The translations under genes and the position numbers were made by a program. A stretch of 32,000 nucleotides of DNA from NCBI GenBank assembly GCA_965197645.1, contig OZ240219.1, positions 1,658,943 through 1,690,942 on the forward strand. The letters are read 5' to 3'. The DNA is from Dehalococcoidia bacterium. GTDB taxonomy: Bacteria; Chloroflexota; Dehalococcoidia; Plut-88900. Position 1 is the first letter of the stretch. Every line of letters starts with the position of its first letter. Under the pieces are notes generated by a model, which saw only the letters and a list, made by a program, of their open reading frames with translations, was not told where the DNA came from and made no database searches. Positions 9,388 to 18,370 of this stretch are shown one piece after another.

Positions 9388-10305
9388 CTATTCGGCTCTG
9401 GGATGGGCTTTGTCGTACTCAGACCTTACGTGGTCGCTGGCCAGGTGGGTATACACCTGGGTAGTGGAGATGTTGGCGTGACCCAAGAGCTCCTGGACGT
9501 GCCGCAGGGGAGCTCCATTCCTGAGCATGTGGGTGGCGAAGCTGTGCCTCAGAACGTGGGGTGTGATGGGGGAGGTGATGCCGACCTCTCGGGCGTAGCC
9601 TTTGAGAATCAGCCAGAACCCCTGGCGTGTGAGCCTGTCGCCGCGGCGGTTGAGGAGCATCGCTTGCTCATCGGAGCTTCTGAGAAGCCGGCGGCGTCCG
9701 TTCTCCATGTAATCGGCCAACGCCTTGGACGCCTCTTGGTGAATGGGCAGAATCCGCTCCTTGGCGCCTTTGCCCATGCATCGTATCTGATGGTTCTCCA
9801 GATCGGCGTCCTGGACATTCAGGGAGACCAGCTCGGTCACTCTCATGCCCGTTGCATACAGGAGTTCCATCATCGCCCAGTCTCGTTTTCCTTCGGGAGA
9901 TGAGCCGGACCGGGACCTGGCGCTCTCGATAAGGCTGTTGATCGCTTCGACGCTGAGGGCCTTGGGCAGCGCCCTGCCCACCTTAGGAGATGAAAGGTTC
10001 TCCGTCGGCGAGGTCTCCAGTTCCCCCTCCTCCACCATGAACGCGAAGAAGGACTTGATGGCGGCCACCTTTCGGGCGATGGTCGAGGACTTGAGGGTCC
10101 TATCGTGGAGGTCCATCCCGTAGCTGGCTATCACAGCCTCGTCAACGTCGGACCAGTTGGTAATCGTTTTGGAGCCGTGGTTGTGGTTGCCCTGCAGAAA
10201 GCTCAGGAACTGGTAAAGATCGTTTCGGTAGGCGAACAGTGTGTTGGATGAAAGGCCTCGCTCCACTGTTAGATGGTTGAGATAGGTGTCGATGGCGGGC
10301 TTCAC
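9388..10305 (-). CDS. xerD: Tyrosine site-specific recombinase, XerD-like
   Basis: 305 aa. The N-terminal core-binding domain (YLNHLTVERGLSSNTLFAYRNDL) and the catalytic region (ATGMRVTEL, HVLRHSFATHML, LLGHANISTTQVYTHL) are typical of XerC/XerD. The choice of D over C is tentative. Confidence 0.8.
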   Translation of the reverse strand: MKPAIDTYLNHLTVERGLSSNTLFAYRNDLYQFLSFLQGNHNHGSKTITNWSDVDEAVIASYGMDLHDRTLKSSTIARKVAAIKSFFAFMVEEGELETSPTENLSSPKVGRALPKALSVEAINSLIESARSRSGSSPEGKRDWAMMELLYATGMRVTELVSLNVQDADLENHQIRCMGKGAKERILPIHQEASKALADYMENGRRRLLRSSDEQAMLLNRRGDRLTRQGFWLILKGYAREVGITSPITPHVLRHSFATHMLRNGAPLRHVQELLGHANISTTQVYTHLASDHVRSEYDKAHPRAE

Positions 10306-10416
10306 ATCTCAGCTCCTTAACGTCTTATGACTTTCGCGTTTGCTTTCACAATTAAACATTTTAGCATAGGGCGTTACGGGATGTGCAATTAAGTCTTGCG
10401 GTAAACCGGGAAATTC

Positions 10417-10446
10417 TTGACCCTGGAGCCCATTGATTACTACACT
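10417..10446 (+). promoter_or_regulatory. Candidate promoter for lgt
   Basis: TTGACC (10417-10422), an 18-nt spacer, then TACACT (10441-10446). It overlaps the ORF-track TTG start at 10433, which argues for the downstream ATG at 10505. Confidence 0.4.
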
Positions 10447-10504
10447 AGGTTATAGTTGGTACGGGGGACGCCGTTGTAAATCATATCGGCACATTTCCTG
10501 GCTT

Positions 10505-11317
10505 ATGCTCGAAATAGATCTCGATCCTAATCTGTTTGGCGGCCTTACCTGGCACGGGGTGTACACGGCCCTGGCGGTGGCTATGGCAGTGGTTGTCGTG
10601 GCCCGGCTGGCCCCCAAGCTGGACGTTGATCCCTCTGTAGTCTACTCTACAGCCACCTGGGCCGTCCCCGGCGGGATCGTAGGAGCCCGCTTGATTCACG
10701 TCATAGACCACTGGGGCTTCTACAGCGACAATCCCCTGGACATCATCTACTTTTGGCAAGGCGGCGTGGCCCTCTTCGGAGCGATACTCGGCGGGGCGTT
10801 GGTCGGTGTGGTCTACGCCCTGTTCCGGGGCTATCCGATGGCGAAGCTGGCGGACCTGACTGCTCCGGCATTGCTCATCGCCCAGGCCGTAGGGAGAGTC
10901 GGCGACGTTATCAACGGTGAGCACTTCAGCAATCCCACCGGCCTTCCCTGGTCCTGGGTACATATCCATGATCGCTGGCCGGGAAACCCCGTCCTGGCTC
11001 CGACGCCCAACGAGGGAGGCTACCATCCATCCGTGGGATACGAAATGGTACTGGACTGCGTCCTTCTATTCGTGGTCTGGAGACTCGTTGGAAGGGTCGC
11101 ACCCAACGGGATGGTCATGCTCATATACCTGGTCCTGTACTCGCTGGGGAGATTCGCCATCCAGTTCACCAGGGTAGATGCCGAACGCGCAGGCTCTCTG
11201 CAACAGGGACACATCATCGCCCTGGCTACCATCGGAGTGGCGCTGCTATGGATCGTCCTGCTTCAGGTGCGGCATCGCCAGAGGCTGGCCGGTGTCTCTG
11301 CAGCCGAACATCAGTAA
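10505..11317 (+). CDS. lgt: Prolipoprotein diacylglyceryl transferase
   Basis: Polytopic membrane protein with an Lgt-like N-terminus (IDLDPNLFGGLTWHGVY), YFWQGGVALFGAILGG and GRVGDVINGEHF...GLPWSW. ATG 10505 gives the usual short N-terminus. Confidence 0.85.
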   Translation: MLEIDLDPNLFGGLTWHGVYTALAVAMAVVVVARLAPKLDVDPSVVYSTATWAVPGGIVGARLIHVIDHWGFYSDNPLDIIYFWQGGVALFGAILGGALVGVVYALFRGYPMAKLADLTAPALLIAQAVGRVGDVINGEHFSNPTGLPWSWVHIHDRWPGNPVLAPTPNEGGYHPSVGYEMVLDCVLLFVVWRLVGRVAPNGMVMLIYLVLYSLGRFAIQFTRVDAERAGSLQQGHIIALATIGVALLWIVLLQVRHRQRLAGVSAAEHQ

Positions 11318-11355
11318 CCAACCGTAGCTCGGAACGTTATCTAAACGATAGCCTC

Positions 11356-11364
11356 TGATAGAAT
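11356..11364 (+). promoter_or_regulatory. Possible extended -10 promoter for ccdA
   Basis: TGaTAGAAT at 11356-11364 (TGn plus TAGAAT). There is no convincing -35 element. Confidence 0.3.
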
Positions 11365-11454
11365 GTGGGCAACTAGGCGTCCCTGAGTTCCTGGGAAGTC
11401 ATACGGCAGACTAGTACTGACAGACGGCAAGTAGCTGGTTAAGGGGATAGAGAC

Positions 11455-12273
11455 TTGGATTCCGATACGCAAGTCACATCGGGGGGTGTGCCCGGAATGG
11501 GGATAGTGAGGTCCTTCTCGCTGCCACCTTTCCTACATTCCCTGGCGTTTGTAACCGGCTTCTCCATAGTTTTCACCGCCCTGGGCGCCGCGATAGGCCT
11601 TGCTGGGCCGGGAGGCTGGAGGGACTGGCTCGAGATCGCCGCCGGCATCGTCCTCATCATCCTGGGGTTCAATCTCAGCGGAGTGATCAGATTCGGTCGG
11701 TTGACCGAGTTCCTGTACCGGGAACGGAAGCTCAACATCGGTGTGGGGGAAAGGCCCAGCTACTTCAGGTCCTCCGTGGTGGGATCGGCGTTTGCCATCG
11801 GTTGGACCCCCTGCGTCGGGCCGATACTGGCCGGCATTCTCTCCCTGACGCTGGAAGGCTCGGTAGTCCAGGGCGCTATATTGATGTTCGGCTACTCTTT
11901 GGGACTGGGAATACCCTTCTTGGGAGTCGGCGCCTTCCTGGGAGTCGCCAGGCGATGGCTGAGGAAGATCAATCCGTACATGGAAGCGATCGAGCTCTTC
12001 AGCGGACTCCTGCTGGTCTTCATCGGCGCCCTGATAGTCACCGATTCTCTGCTGCTGCTCAACAGCTACTTCTCATTCATCCCCGAGGTCACCGGCAGTG
12101 GAGAGGTCATCAGCATGGGGCTGGGATCACTGATAATCGCATTCGGCGGAGGAGTCCTCTCATTCCTGTCGCCGTGCATCCTGCCGCTGGTCCCCATCTG
12201 GCTCGGATACATGGCCGGCTCCACCCTGGATGGACAGCGCGCCGTTCCCCAGCCGGCGCCGTCCACCAGCTAG
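11455..12273 (+). CDS. ccdA: Cytochrome c biogenesis / thiol-disulfide transporter CcdA (DsbD family) with permuted helix order
   Basis: 272 aa, six predicted TM helices. Contains both DsbD-family Cys motifs: AIGWTPCVGPIL (Cys120) and LSFLSPCILPLVP (Cys241). The TTG start is preceded by the SD AAGGGGA (11441-11447) at 7 nt. The motif order is reversed relative to canonical CcdA (see findings). Confidence 0.8.
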   Translation: MDSDTQVTSGGVPGMGIVRSFSLPPFLHSLAFVTGFSIVFTALGAAIGLAGPGGWRDWLEIAAGIVLIILGFNLSGVIRFGRLTEFLYRERKLNIGVGERPSYFRSSVVGSAFAIGWTPCVGPILAGILSLTLEGSVVQGAILMFGYSLGLGIPFLGVGAFLGVARRWLRKINPYMEAIELFSGLLLVFIGALIVTDSLLLLNSYFSFIPEVTGSGEVISMGLGSLIIAFGGGVLSFLSPCILPLVPIWLGYMAGSTLDGQRAVPQPAPSTS

Positions 12274-13962
12274 TCACACCAGGACGGGGTCCAGATCCAG
12301 GATCTCCAGCCGCAGGGTGCCGGCCGAGGACCGGTTGTCCCGGCTCAACCGGTACACCAGCTCCACTACCGACCCGACCGCTGGCGCCCTGTCTCCGATG
12401 CCGAAGCCGATGGCATCCCAGACCGCCGGCCCATCCCGTAGCTTCAGCCTCAGGTGCCGCCCTTCGTCTCCCAGCAGCCTCACGTCGATGACCCTGGCGT
12501 CTTTGGCCAGGAATACGGGAGCCGGGTTTTGGAAACCGCAGGGCTCCAGCAGCCCCAGGAACTTGATCAGCCGCTTATCGATCCCCTTTATCGGTAACGC
12601 CGTATCGATTTTCTTCGACGGCCGAAGGTCCACTCCATCCAGCTCCTGGGACGCTAGCTCGACGAGCCGTTGCTGGAGGAGCCCCAGGTTTTCGTTGGCG
12701 ATAACGAATCCCGCCGCCTGGGCATGGCCTCCGTAACGGATGAACAGATCATCGCATTTACGGAACGCCGCGATGATATCGAAATCCGGAATGCTCCGCG
12801 CACTGGCCCTGGCGGTGTCTCCATCTATGGACATGACGATGGCAGGCCGGTAGAACTGCTCCACCAGCTTTCCCGCCGCCAGTCCTACGACTCCTGGGAG
12901 GAAGTCCTTAGCCCCGACCATGAGAATCGGCTGGTCCGATTGCCGGGCGACCACCTCTTCGACAGCCCTCTCTGTGACTTCGCTGCTGAGCTTTCGGCGC
13001 TCCCGGTTCTTGATCTCCAAATCCTGTGCCAACGGCCTCGCCTCTTCCGCCGAACCGGCGCAAAGAAGTCGATAGCTGATCATAGCGTGGTCCACACGGC
13101 CCGCCGCGTTGATACGAGGCCCCAACCCATAGGAGATCGATTCGGCGTCCAGGCTGCCTGGAGAGAGACCCGCCACCGATACCAGCTCCCTGATACCGGC
13201 CTTATCCGTCGAGTTCAGGACCTCCAGCCCCCTTTTGACCAGGGTCCTGTTCTCGCCGATGAGGGGCGCCACGTCTGCAATGGTACCTATAGCCACCAGA
13301 TCCAACAGGCTGTCGTCATCCTCCTTACCCCACGCTTCCCGCAGGGCTTGGACCAGCTTGTATGCCACGCCCACGGCGGAGAGGTGTAGAAACGGATAAC
13401 GGGACCCGTTCAGCTTAGGGTCGACGATGGCCAGTGCGGGAGGCAGCGTGGCGGGCGGCGTGTGGTGGTCTGTGATCACCACGTCCATCCCCATGTCCTG
13501 GGCCGTCACGACCTCGGAGTAGGAGCTGACCCCGCAATCTGCGGTGATGATAAGGGAGGCGCCTTGCTTGTGGAGAAATGTCAGGCCGAGAGAGCTGATA
13601 CCGTGCCCCTCGTCGGTACGGTGGGGGATGTAGGTCGTAGTCTTGGCGCCCAGCTTGCCCAGCCCGTGATGAAGCAGTGCAGATGAAGTGACTCCATCGG
13701 CATCGAAATCGCCGTGAATGCCTATAGTCTCGCCGGTTTCGATGGCGGCCTTTATCCGGCCAACCGCATCCTCCATCGAAGAAAATCGAAGCGGATCGTA
13801 CGTCGCTGTCTTCTCCGGGGACAGAAAGGAGATCAGCTCCGGGCGGTCCGCTATCCCGCGATTGTAGGCGAGATGAGCAATCGGAAATGGAACGTCAGGC
13901 AGGGCGCGTAAATAGGACTCGGGAGGGGGCGGGGACATGATCCAGCGGCGTTCCAGGTTCAT
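12274..13962 (-). CDS. recJ: Single-stranded-DNA-specific exonuclease RecJ
   Basis: 562 aa. DHH-family motifs IGIHGDFDADGVTS, IITADCG and VVITDHHTP, followed by a DHHA1-like region (GGHAQAAG). Confidence 0.9.
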   Translation of the reverse strand: MNLERRWIMSPPPPESYLRALPDVPFPIAHLAYNRGIADRPELISFLSPEKTATYDPLRFSSMEDAVGRIKAAIETGETIGIHGDFDADGVTSSALLHHGLGKLGAKTTTYIPHRTDEGHGISSLGLTFLHKQGASLIITADCGVSSYSEVVTAQDMGMDVVITDHHTPPATLPPALAIVDPKLNGSRYPFLHLSAVGVAYKLVQALREAWGKEDDDSLLDLVAIGTIADVAPLIGENRTLVKRGLEVLNSTDKAGIRELVSVAGLSPGSLDAESISYGLGPRINAAGRVDHAMISYRLLCAGSAEEARPLAQDLEIKNRERRKLSSEVTERAVEEVVARQSDQPILMVGAKDFLPGVVGLAAGKLVEQFYRPAIVMSIDGDTARASARSIPDFDIIAAFRKCDDLFIRYGGHAQAAGFVIANENLGLLQQRLVELASQELDGVDLRPSKKIDTALPIKGIDKRLIKFLGLLEPCGFQNPAPVFLAKDARVIDVRLLGDEGRHLRLKLRDGPAVWDAIGFGIGDRAPAVGSVVELVYRLSRDNRSSAGTLRLEILDLDPVLV

Positions 13963-14026
13963 GGATCAAGAATCGAGGGCGGCGATTCTGGGGGAGACTC
14001 TTCCCGGCCGGCTCGCCGGACCGAAG

Positions 14027-14719
14027 CTACCAGGGAGAGGAACCGTGTTTGTCTCGATAGTCGTTGTAGTCCACCGCCAGATTGTATGCCCTGCTGGTAA
14101 GGTAGATCCACACGGTCAACGACAAAGCGATGAAAATGTAGGCTACGTCTACTTCCCGGCCGATGCCGATGACGGTGAACGTTATGGCCAGCGCGGAGAG
14201 CCAACGTGCTATTCCAGATATGTTGGCGGCTCTGATCTCAGGATAGGCCCATGCCATCAAGAGACCCCATACCACCACCCCAAACGCCCAAAAGAGGGGG
14301 TGGTCTTTACCTATCTCATTGAGTCCGAGATATGTCGCCCACGTCGCCGCACCGGCCAGGAGAAGCAATATACCGGTGGACTTCTTGCCCACGTAGAAAT
14401 GCCCGATGCCCCAGACTCCGAAAACACCGGTCAGCGAGGCCAGCATACCAGCCAACTCGGGGTCCTTGCCGGGCAGGGCGGGCTCGTCTCCTACCTGAGC
14501 GTGAGATGGGATTGGAGGGAAAATGAAGCCCCGGTATCCCGGAAGCTTTAGCGGCGCGTCGTGCTGTTTGACGGCGTCGGGATCTACCGAGTAGGCTAAC
14601 TCACGGGGTATGGGAGCCCAGTTGGTCTCGTCACAGCTATCACATTCCTCTTGGTCTGCGGGCGCCAGCGTAGAGCAGCTACGGCATACTTTGGAGTCCG
14701 TTACGCCTCGAACGCCCAT
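14027..14719 (-). CDS. Membrane protein with an N-terminal zinc-ribbon and a TM2-like domain
   Basis: 230 aa. CRSC...CDSC (two CxxC pairs) at the N-terminus, then about 4 TM helices including GVFGVWGIGHFYVGKK, which resembles the TM2-domain signature. Function unknown. Confidence 0.5.
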   Translation of the reverse strand: MGVRGVTDSKVCRSCSTLAPADQEECDSCDETNWAPIPRELAYSVDPDAVKQHDAPLKLPGYRGFIFPPIPSHAQVGDEPALPGKDPELAGMLASLTGVFGVWGIGHFYVGKKSTGILLLLAGAATWATYLGLNEIGKDHPLFWAFGVVVWGLLMAWAYPEIRAANISGIARWLSALAITFTVIGIGREVDVAYIFIALSLTVWIYLTSRAYNLAVDYNDYRDKHGSSPW

Positions 14720-14813
14720 TACGCTTTACCCTGCCAAACTGTGCCCTTGCCCACTTAAGAGGTGAGCTGGACGACTAAGAGATCCAGTCAGAGGAGAGGG
14801 CTCGCCGCCTCTC

Positions 14814-15176
14814 CTACTCTCCTCCGGAGCCGGGCGAAACCAGCTTGCCTATTCCGGCGTACTTGAAGTCTTGTCCTGAGTAGCACCTGTAGGCGCCGAA
14901 CAGAGAGTAAACAACGGCTGCCAGTATCAACACTAGACCGATCTCGGCCAGCGCATTAAGAATAATAAAGTATATGAAGATAGCGATAGCTTGGAAGATG
15001 AATGCCTGCAACGCCTGGGTACCCACGTACTGGGATGTCTTTCTCTTGAACAGCCAGATGACCATGGCGCCGATGACACCCAGCAAGGGGAGCACGGGGA
15101 TGATGTTCACCACCATGATGGCGTGGGCTATGGCCGCCCACATCTTCTCGTCAGACGACCTAGTTTCAGAGTTCAT
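14814..15176 (-). CDS. Small membrane protein, DUF4870-like
   Basis: 120 aa. EKMWAAIAHA...VIWLFKRKTSQYVGTQALQAFIFQ fits the DUF4870 pattern of 3-4 TM helices. Confidence 0.55.
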   Translation of the reverse strand: MNSETRSSDEKMWAAIAHAIMVVNIIPVLPLLGVIGAMVIWLFKRKTSQYVGTQALQAFIFQAIAIFIYFIILNALAEIGLVLILAAVVYSLFGAYRCYSGQDFKYAGIGKLVSPGSGGE

Positions 15177-15209
15177 TCTCGCCGCCGAGTCCCACAGAAT
15201 TAAAAGAAT

Positions 15210-15238
15210 ACATTAGTACAACCCCGCACTTACGTCAA
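15210..15238 (-). promoter_or_regulatory. Sigma-70-type promoter for the DUF4870 gene
   Basis: The minus strand reads TTGACG (15238-15233), a 17-nt spacer, then TAATGT (15215-15210). It lies about 34 nt upstream of the ATG at 15176. Confidence 0.5.
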
Positions 15239-15366
15239 CTTTTTGGCAGTCTTTCCCGGAGGAAACATTTACCCCTTGGTACTACTTGTAACGCTTCAAC
15301 GGTGGGTATGATTTCTTGCAGCCTTCTGTTTTCCGCTGGTATGGCGAGACACCGGGGGATAGGAGG

Positions 15367-16608
15367 TCAGCCCTGGTACTCTTTGAAAATGAGCACCGAG
15401 TTGTGCCCCCCGAATCCAAGGGAGTTGGAAAGGGCCACTTTTATCTTGCCTCTTCGAGGCGTGTAAGGGGTGTAGTCCAAGTCGCAATCCGGGTCGGGAT
15501 TTTCCAGATTGATAGTGGGTGGTATCTCACCGTTCTTGACCGACAGGGCGGTGACGGTCGCTTCCAGGGCTGCCGCTGCACCGATCAGGTGGCCGGTCAT
15601 CGATTTGGTGGAGCTTATGGGTATCTTGTACGCTTCCTCCCCAAACACTGACTTGATAGCAATGGTTTCGAACTTGTCGTTCAGTTGGGTGGAGGTCCCG
15701 TGAGCGTTGATGTAGTCGATTTCGTCGGGCTCTACGTTGGCCTCATCCAAGGCCATCTTCATCGCCTGGACGCTCCCCGCTCCCCCTTCGGCTGGAGCTG
15801 TGAGGTGGTAAGCATCACCTGATGAGCCGTATCCCGCCAGCTCAGCGAGAATGGGAGCACCCCTGGCTACAGCGTAATCCAGGTCCTCCAAGACCACTAT
15901 CGCGGCGCCCTCGCCCATAACGAATCCATCACGCTCGGCGTCGAAGGGTCTGCAGGCCTTCTCCGGCTCGTCGTTCCGAGTAGAAAGGGCTTTGGCCGAA
16001 TTGAATCCTGCGACTGCTATAGGGGTTATCGGCGCCTCGGCGCCTCCGGTAACAAAGGCCTTGGTGCGTCCGCTTTTAATCATCTGGAACGCCATGCCGA
16101 TGGCATCGCTGCCGCTGGCGCAGGCGGACGTGGTGCAAAAATTCGGCCCCTTGGCGCCCAGGTCGATGGAGACGTACCCAGGGCCCATGTCCGTGATCAT
16201 CATTGGCACCAGGAAGGGGCTTATGCGGGACGGCCCCTTCTCCGCCAGTACCTCGAACTGTTGAGACAGGGTGATCAACCCGCCGATGCCGCTGCCTATT
16301 ACCACCCCTACGTCCTCGGCATTGGAATCGTCGATGGTAAGCTCGGCCCGGTTGACCGCTTCCCGGCTCGCTGCAACGGCGAACTGGACGAAACGGTCCA
16401 TGCGGCGGGCCTCTTTGCGTCCGAAGTAATCGGTGGGGACGAAATCGGAAGCTTCGGCGGCGATGTGGGTATCGAAGGGCTCGGAATCGAAGGCGGTAAT
16501 ATGGCCGACGCCGGACTTACCGGCCAGAAGGCCCTTCCAGGTGGAATCCGTATCCAGACCCAGAGGACTGACGATCCCTGTACCGGTTACGACTACCCGG
16601 TGGTTCAA
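15367..16608 (-). CDS. fabF: Beta-ketoacyl-ACP synthase II
   Basis: 413 aa with a TTG start giving MNHRVVVTGTG. Active-site Cys context TTSACASG, and the His-His pair in NAHGTST and SMTGHLIGAAA. Confidence 0.9.
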   Translation of the reverse strand: MNHRVVVTGTGIVSPLGLDTDSTWKGLLAGKSGVGHITAFDSEPFDTHIAAEASDFVPTDYFGRKEARRMDRFVQFAVAASREAVNRAELTIDDSNAEDVGVVIGSGIGGLITLSQQFEVLAEKGPSRISPFLVPMMITDMGPGYVSIDLGAKGPNFCTTSACASGSDAIGMAFQMIKSGRTKAFVTGGAEAPITPIAVAGFNSAKALSTRNDEPEKACRPFDAERDGFVMGEGAAIVVLEDLDYAVARGAPILAELAGYGSSGDAYHLTAPAEGGAGSVQAMKMALDEANVEPDEIDYINAHGTSTQLNDKFETIAIKSVFGEEAYKIPISSTKSMTGHLIGAAAALEATVTALSVKNGEIPPTINLENPDPDCDLDYTPYTPRRGKIKVALSNSLGFGGHNSVLIFKEYQG

Positions 16609-16631
16609 GCCCTCTTTACCTTCGAGCTCTT

Positions 16632-18176
16632 CTATGCGTTGCTTTGCGCCTCGGCCCGGACGCCGTCATTGGCCTTTTCGAGGATCTCGATACCCGAGTC
16701 GTAGGTGCTGATATCGGACAGGGTCTTGTACTGTCGCAGGAACCTCATGATGCTCTCTCTGGTCGTTGAGACCTCCCGGAGCATCTTCCTGACGCGGTCG
16801 AACCCGCCATCGCCGACGGACCGCCACAGCGAGGCGTATTGCTCATAGAACTTGTTGTGGTTGAGGTTGGTCGGCAACACGCTGTGCAGGAAGTCGAAGA
16901 ACCTGGGTTCGCTGGTTACCAGGGTGTCCTGTACGTCGTTCCACTGCTTGGTGCCGGGCAGGGGGGTGAGAATAGTGTAGTTGGGGAACTCTATCTTGGT
17001 CTGATGCACCTTTTCTTTAAGGTTATCGAAGTTCTTTTCCGCCCAGCCCTGGAAGATTATTACACCGCCCCAGATGCGGACGCCAACGCTGTGCAGAATG
17101 TCGATGGCTTTCTCGTTGTCCCCAACACGGGTGCCTTTCGAAACGGAATTGAGGGTGTCCTGTTCAAAGGACTCCAGGCCCACCAGGGTGGTGTCCAGGC
17201 CGGCTCTGGCCCACTTCTCGAATTTTCGAGGGTTGCGGACCACGTTGTCCGCTCTTACCTGCATCCAGTATCGCTGACCCAGGTCCAGCTCGATGAGCCG
17301 ATCGGCCAAGTCCTCCATCGGATCGTAACCGTCGGCGTTCTGGAGCTTCATTGCGCCCGAGGGCTCGGGGATGGCCAGATCGTCCACTATGTTTATCCAC
17401 GAATTTCTCGGAAGCTGGGATAGCTCCTGGATAGTGCGGTCGTTGCCCTGGACTTTGAACTCGCCCCGGTGGAACTCGTGGACCGAGCAGAAGTTGCAGC
17501 GATACTGGCAACCTCTGGCCGTTTCGACGGAGTAGGGGTTGGTGTGGTAGAGGAAGAAGTACTGGTCCCTGTACCTATCCACCAGATGACGCGCCGGGAA
17601 CGGTCTGCCGTTCATCATCGGTGAATCCATCTCTTTGAGGGAGCTCTTCTTCTGGAACATCAGATTCGTGGTATCGAAGTTGCCCTCAGAGTCCTGGAAG
17701 ATGACTTCGCCCACTCCGTTGAGCCCTTTGCCCTGTTGCAGGTTCAGCACTATCTGCCGGAATGTGGCCTCGCCATCGCCAATCACTATAGCGTCCACGT
17801 GGGGAGAGTAGGCGTCTCGAGGCACCAAACTCACGTGGTGGCCGCCCACAACGACCGGCACGTCCGGGTCGATGGCTTTAACCCAACCCGCCACCTCTTT
17901 AACCGAGTCGACGTCTACGGTGTAGCCCTCTTTTATTCCCACCAGGTCCGGGGCGAACTCTTCCATCACCTGCCGCAGCGGGGTATCGTCCACCCGCATA
18001 TCGAAAATCATTACGTCGGCCAGGTCTATGATGCCGCCGCCCAGGTACTGGAGGCCCAACGGTTCGACTACTACCGTGGCATTGAAGCCTACGTATAGAT
18101 TGTTGGGCGGTTCAATGAGGAGTACTTTCCGTGCCTTGGGGAAATTCCTAACACGGACGGATGATACGACGGCCAT
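16632..18176 (-). CDS. B12-binding-domain radical SAM protein (class B rSAM), function unknown
   Basis: 514 aa. The N-terminal cobalamin-binding-type domain contains KVLLIEPP...VEPLGLQYLGG...VVVGGHH. The radical SAM CxxxCxxC is ARGCQYRCNFC (Cys223/227/230, nt 17487-17510). Its stop is 23 nt upstream of the fabF start. Confidence 0.85.
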   Translation of the reverse strand: MAVVSSVRVRNFPKARKVLLIEPPNNLYVGFNATVVVEPLGLQYLGGGIIDLADVMIFDMRVDDTPLRQVMEEFAPDLVGIKEGYTVDVDSVKEVAGWVKAIDPDVPVVVGGHHVSLVPRDAYSPHVDAIVIGDGEATFRQIVLNLQQGKGLNGVGEVIFQDSEGNFDTTNLMFQKKSSLKEMDSPMMNGRPFPARHLVDRYRDQYFFLYHTNPYSVETARGCQYRCNFCSVHEFHRGEFKVQGNDRTIQELSQLPRNSWINIVDDLAIPEPSGAMKLQNADGYDPMEDLADRLIELDLGQRYWMQVRADNVVRNPRKFEKWARAGLDTTLVGLESFEQDTLNSVSKGTRVGDNEKAIDILHSVGVRIWGGVIIFQGWAEKNFDNLKEKVHQTKIEFPNYTILTPLPGTKQWNDVQDTLVTSEPRFFDFLHSVLPTNLNHNKFYEQYASLWRSVGDGGFDRVRKMLREVSTTRESIMRFLRQYKTLSDISTYDSGIEILEKANDGVRAEAQSNA

Positions 18177-18286
18177 CTAGAGCACCTTCATAGGCCGGCC
18201 TGACACGTATGGGAGCCCGTCAAGCGTGGCTATAGAAATGGATAAGTTAATGCTGTTTTTCAATGCAGAGCCGTTCAACCATTAAG

Positions 18287-18295
18287 ATTATACCA
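18287..18295 (-). promoter_or_regulatory. Extended -10 promoter candidate for the rSAM-fabF unit
   Basis: The minus strand reads TGgTATAAT (18295-18287) inside the only AT-rich stretch of this intergenic region. There is no clear -35. The implied leader is about 100 nt. Confidence 0.35.
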
Positions 18296-18370
18296 CAGGT
18301 CACAATACAACGCGTGAAAAAGTACACAAACATCCTTTGACCGGTTTATCTGGTCACCGCAGGCCAGCTG

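Noticed and set aside
9388-10305. Tyrosine recombinase as a marker of an integrated mobile element or prophage
   Set aside because: The sequence looks like chromosomal XerC/D. Its neighbours are housekeeping genes (HAD hydrolase, lgt). I see no flanking direct repeats, no tRNA-adjacent att site and no phage or IS genes.
10433-10504. Longer N-terminal extensions offered by the ORF track: lgt 10433, mraZ 24517, rsmH 24903, nrdR 28686
   Set aside because: In each case the extension overlaps a promoter, an operator or the preceding gene. The conserved family N-terminus begins at the downstream ATG.
11802-12491. 229-aa Arg/Pro-rich ORF on the + strand
   Set aside because: It is an alternative frame over ccdA and antisense to the recJ 3' end, with extreme Arg/Pro/Gly composition. 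It is a GC-rich frame artefact.
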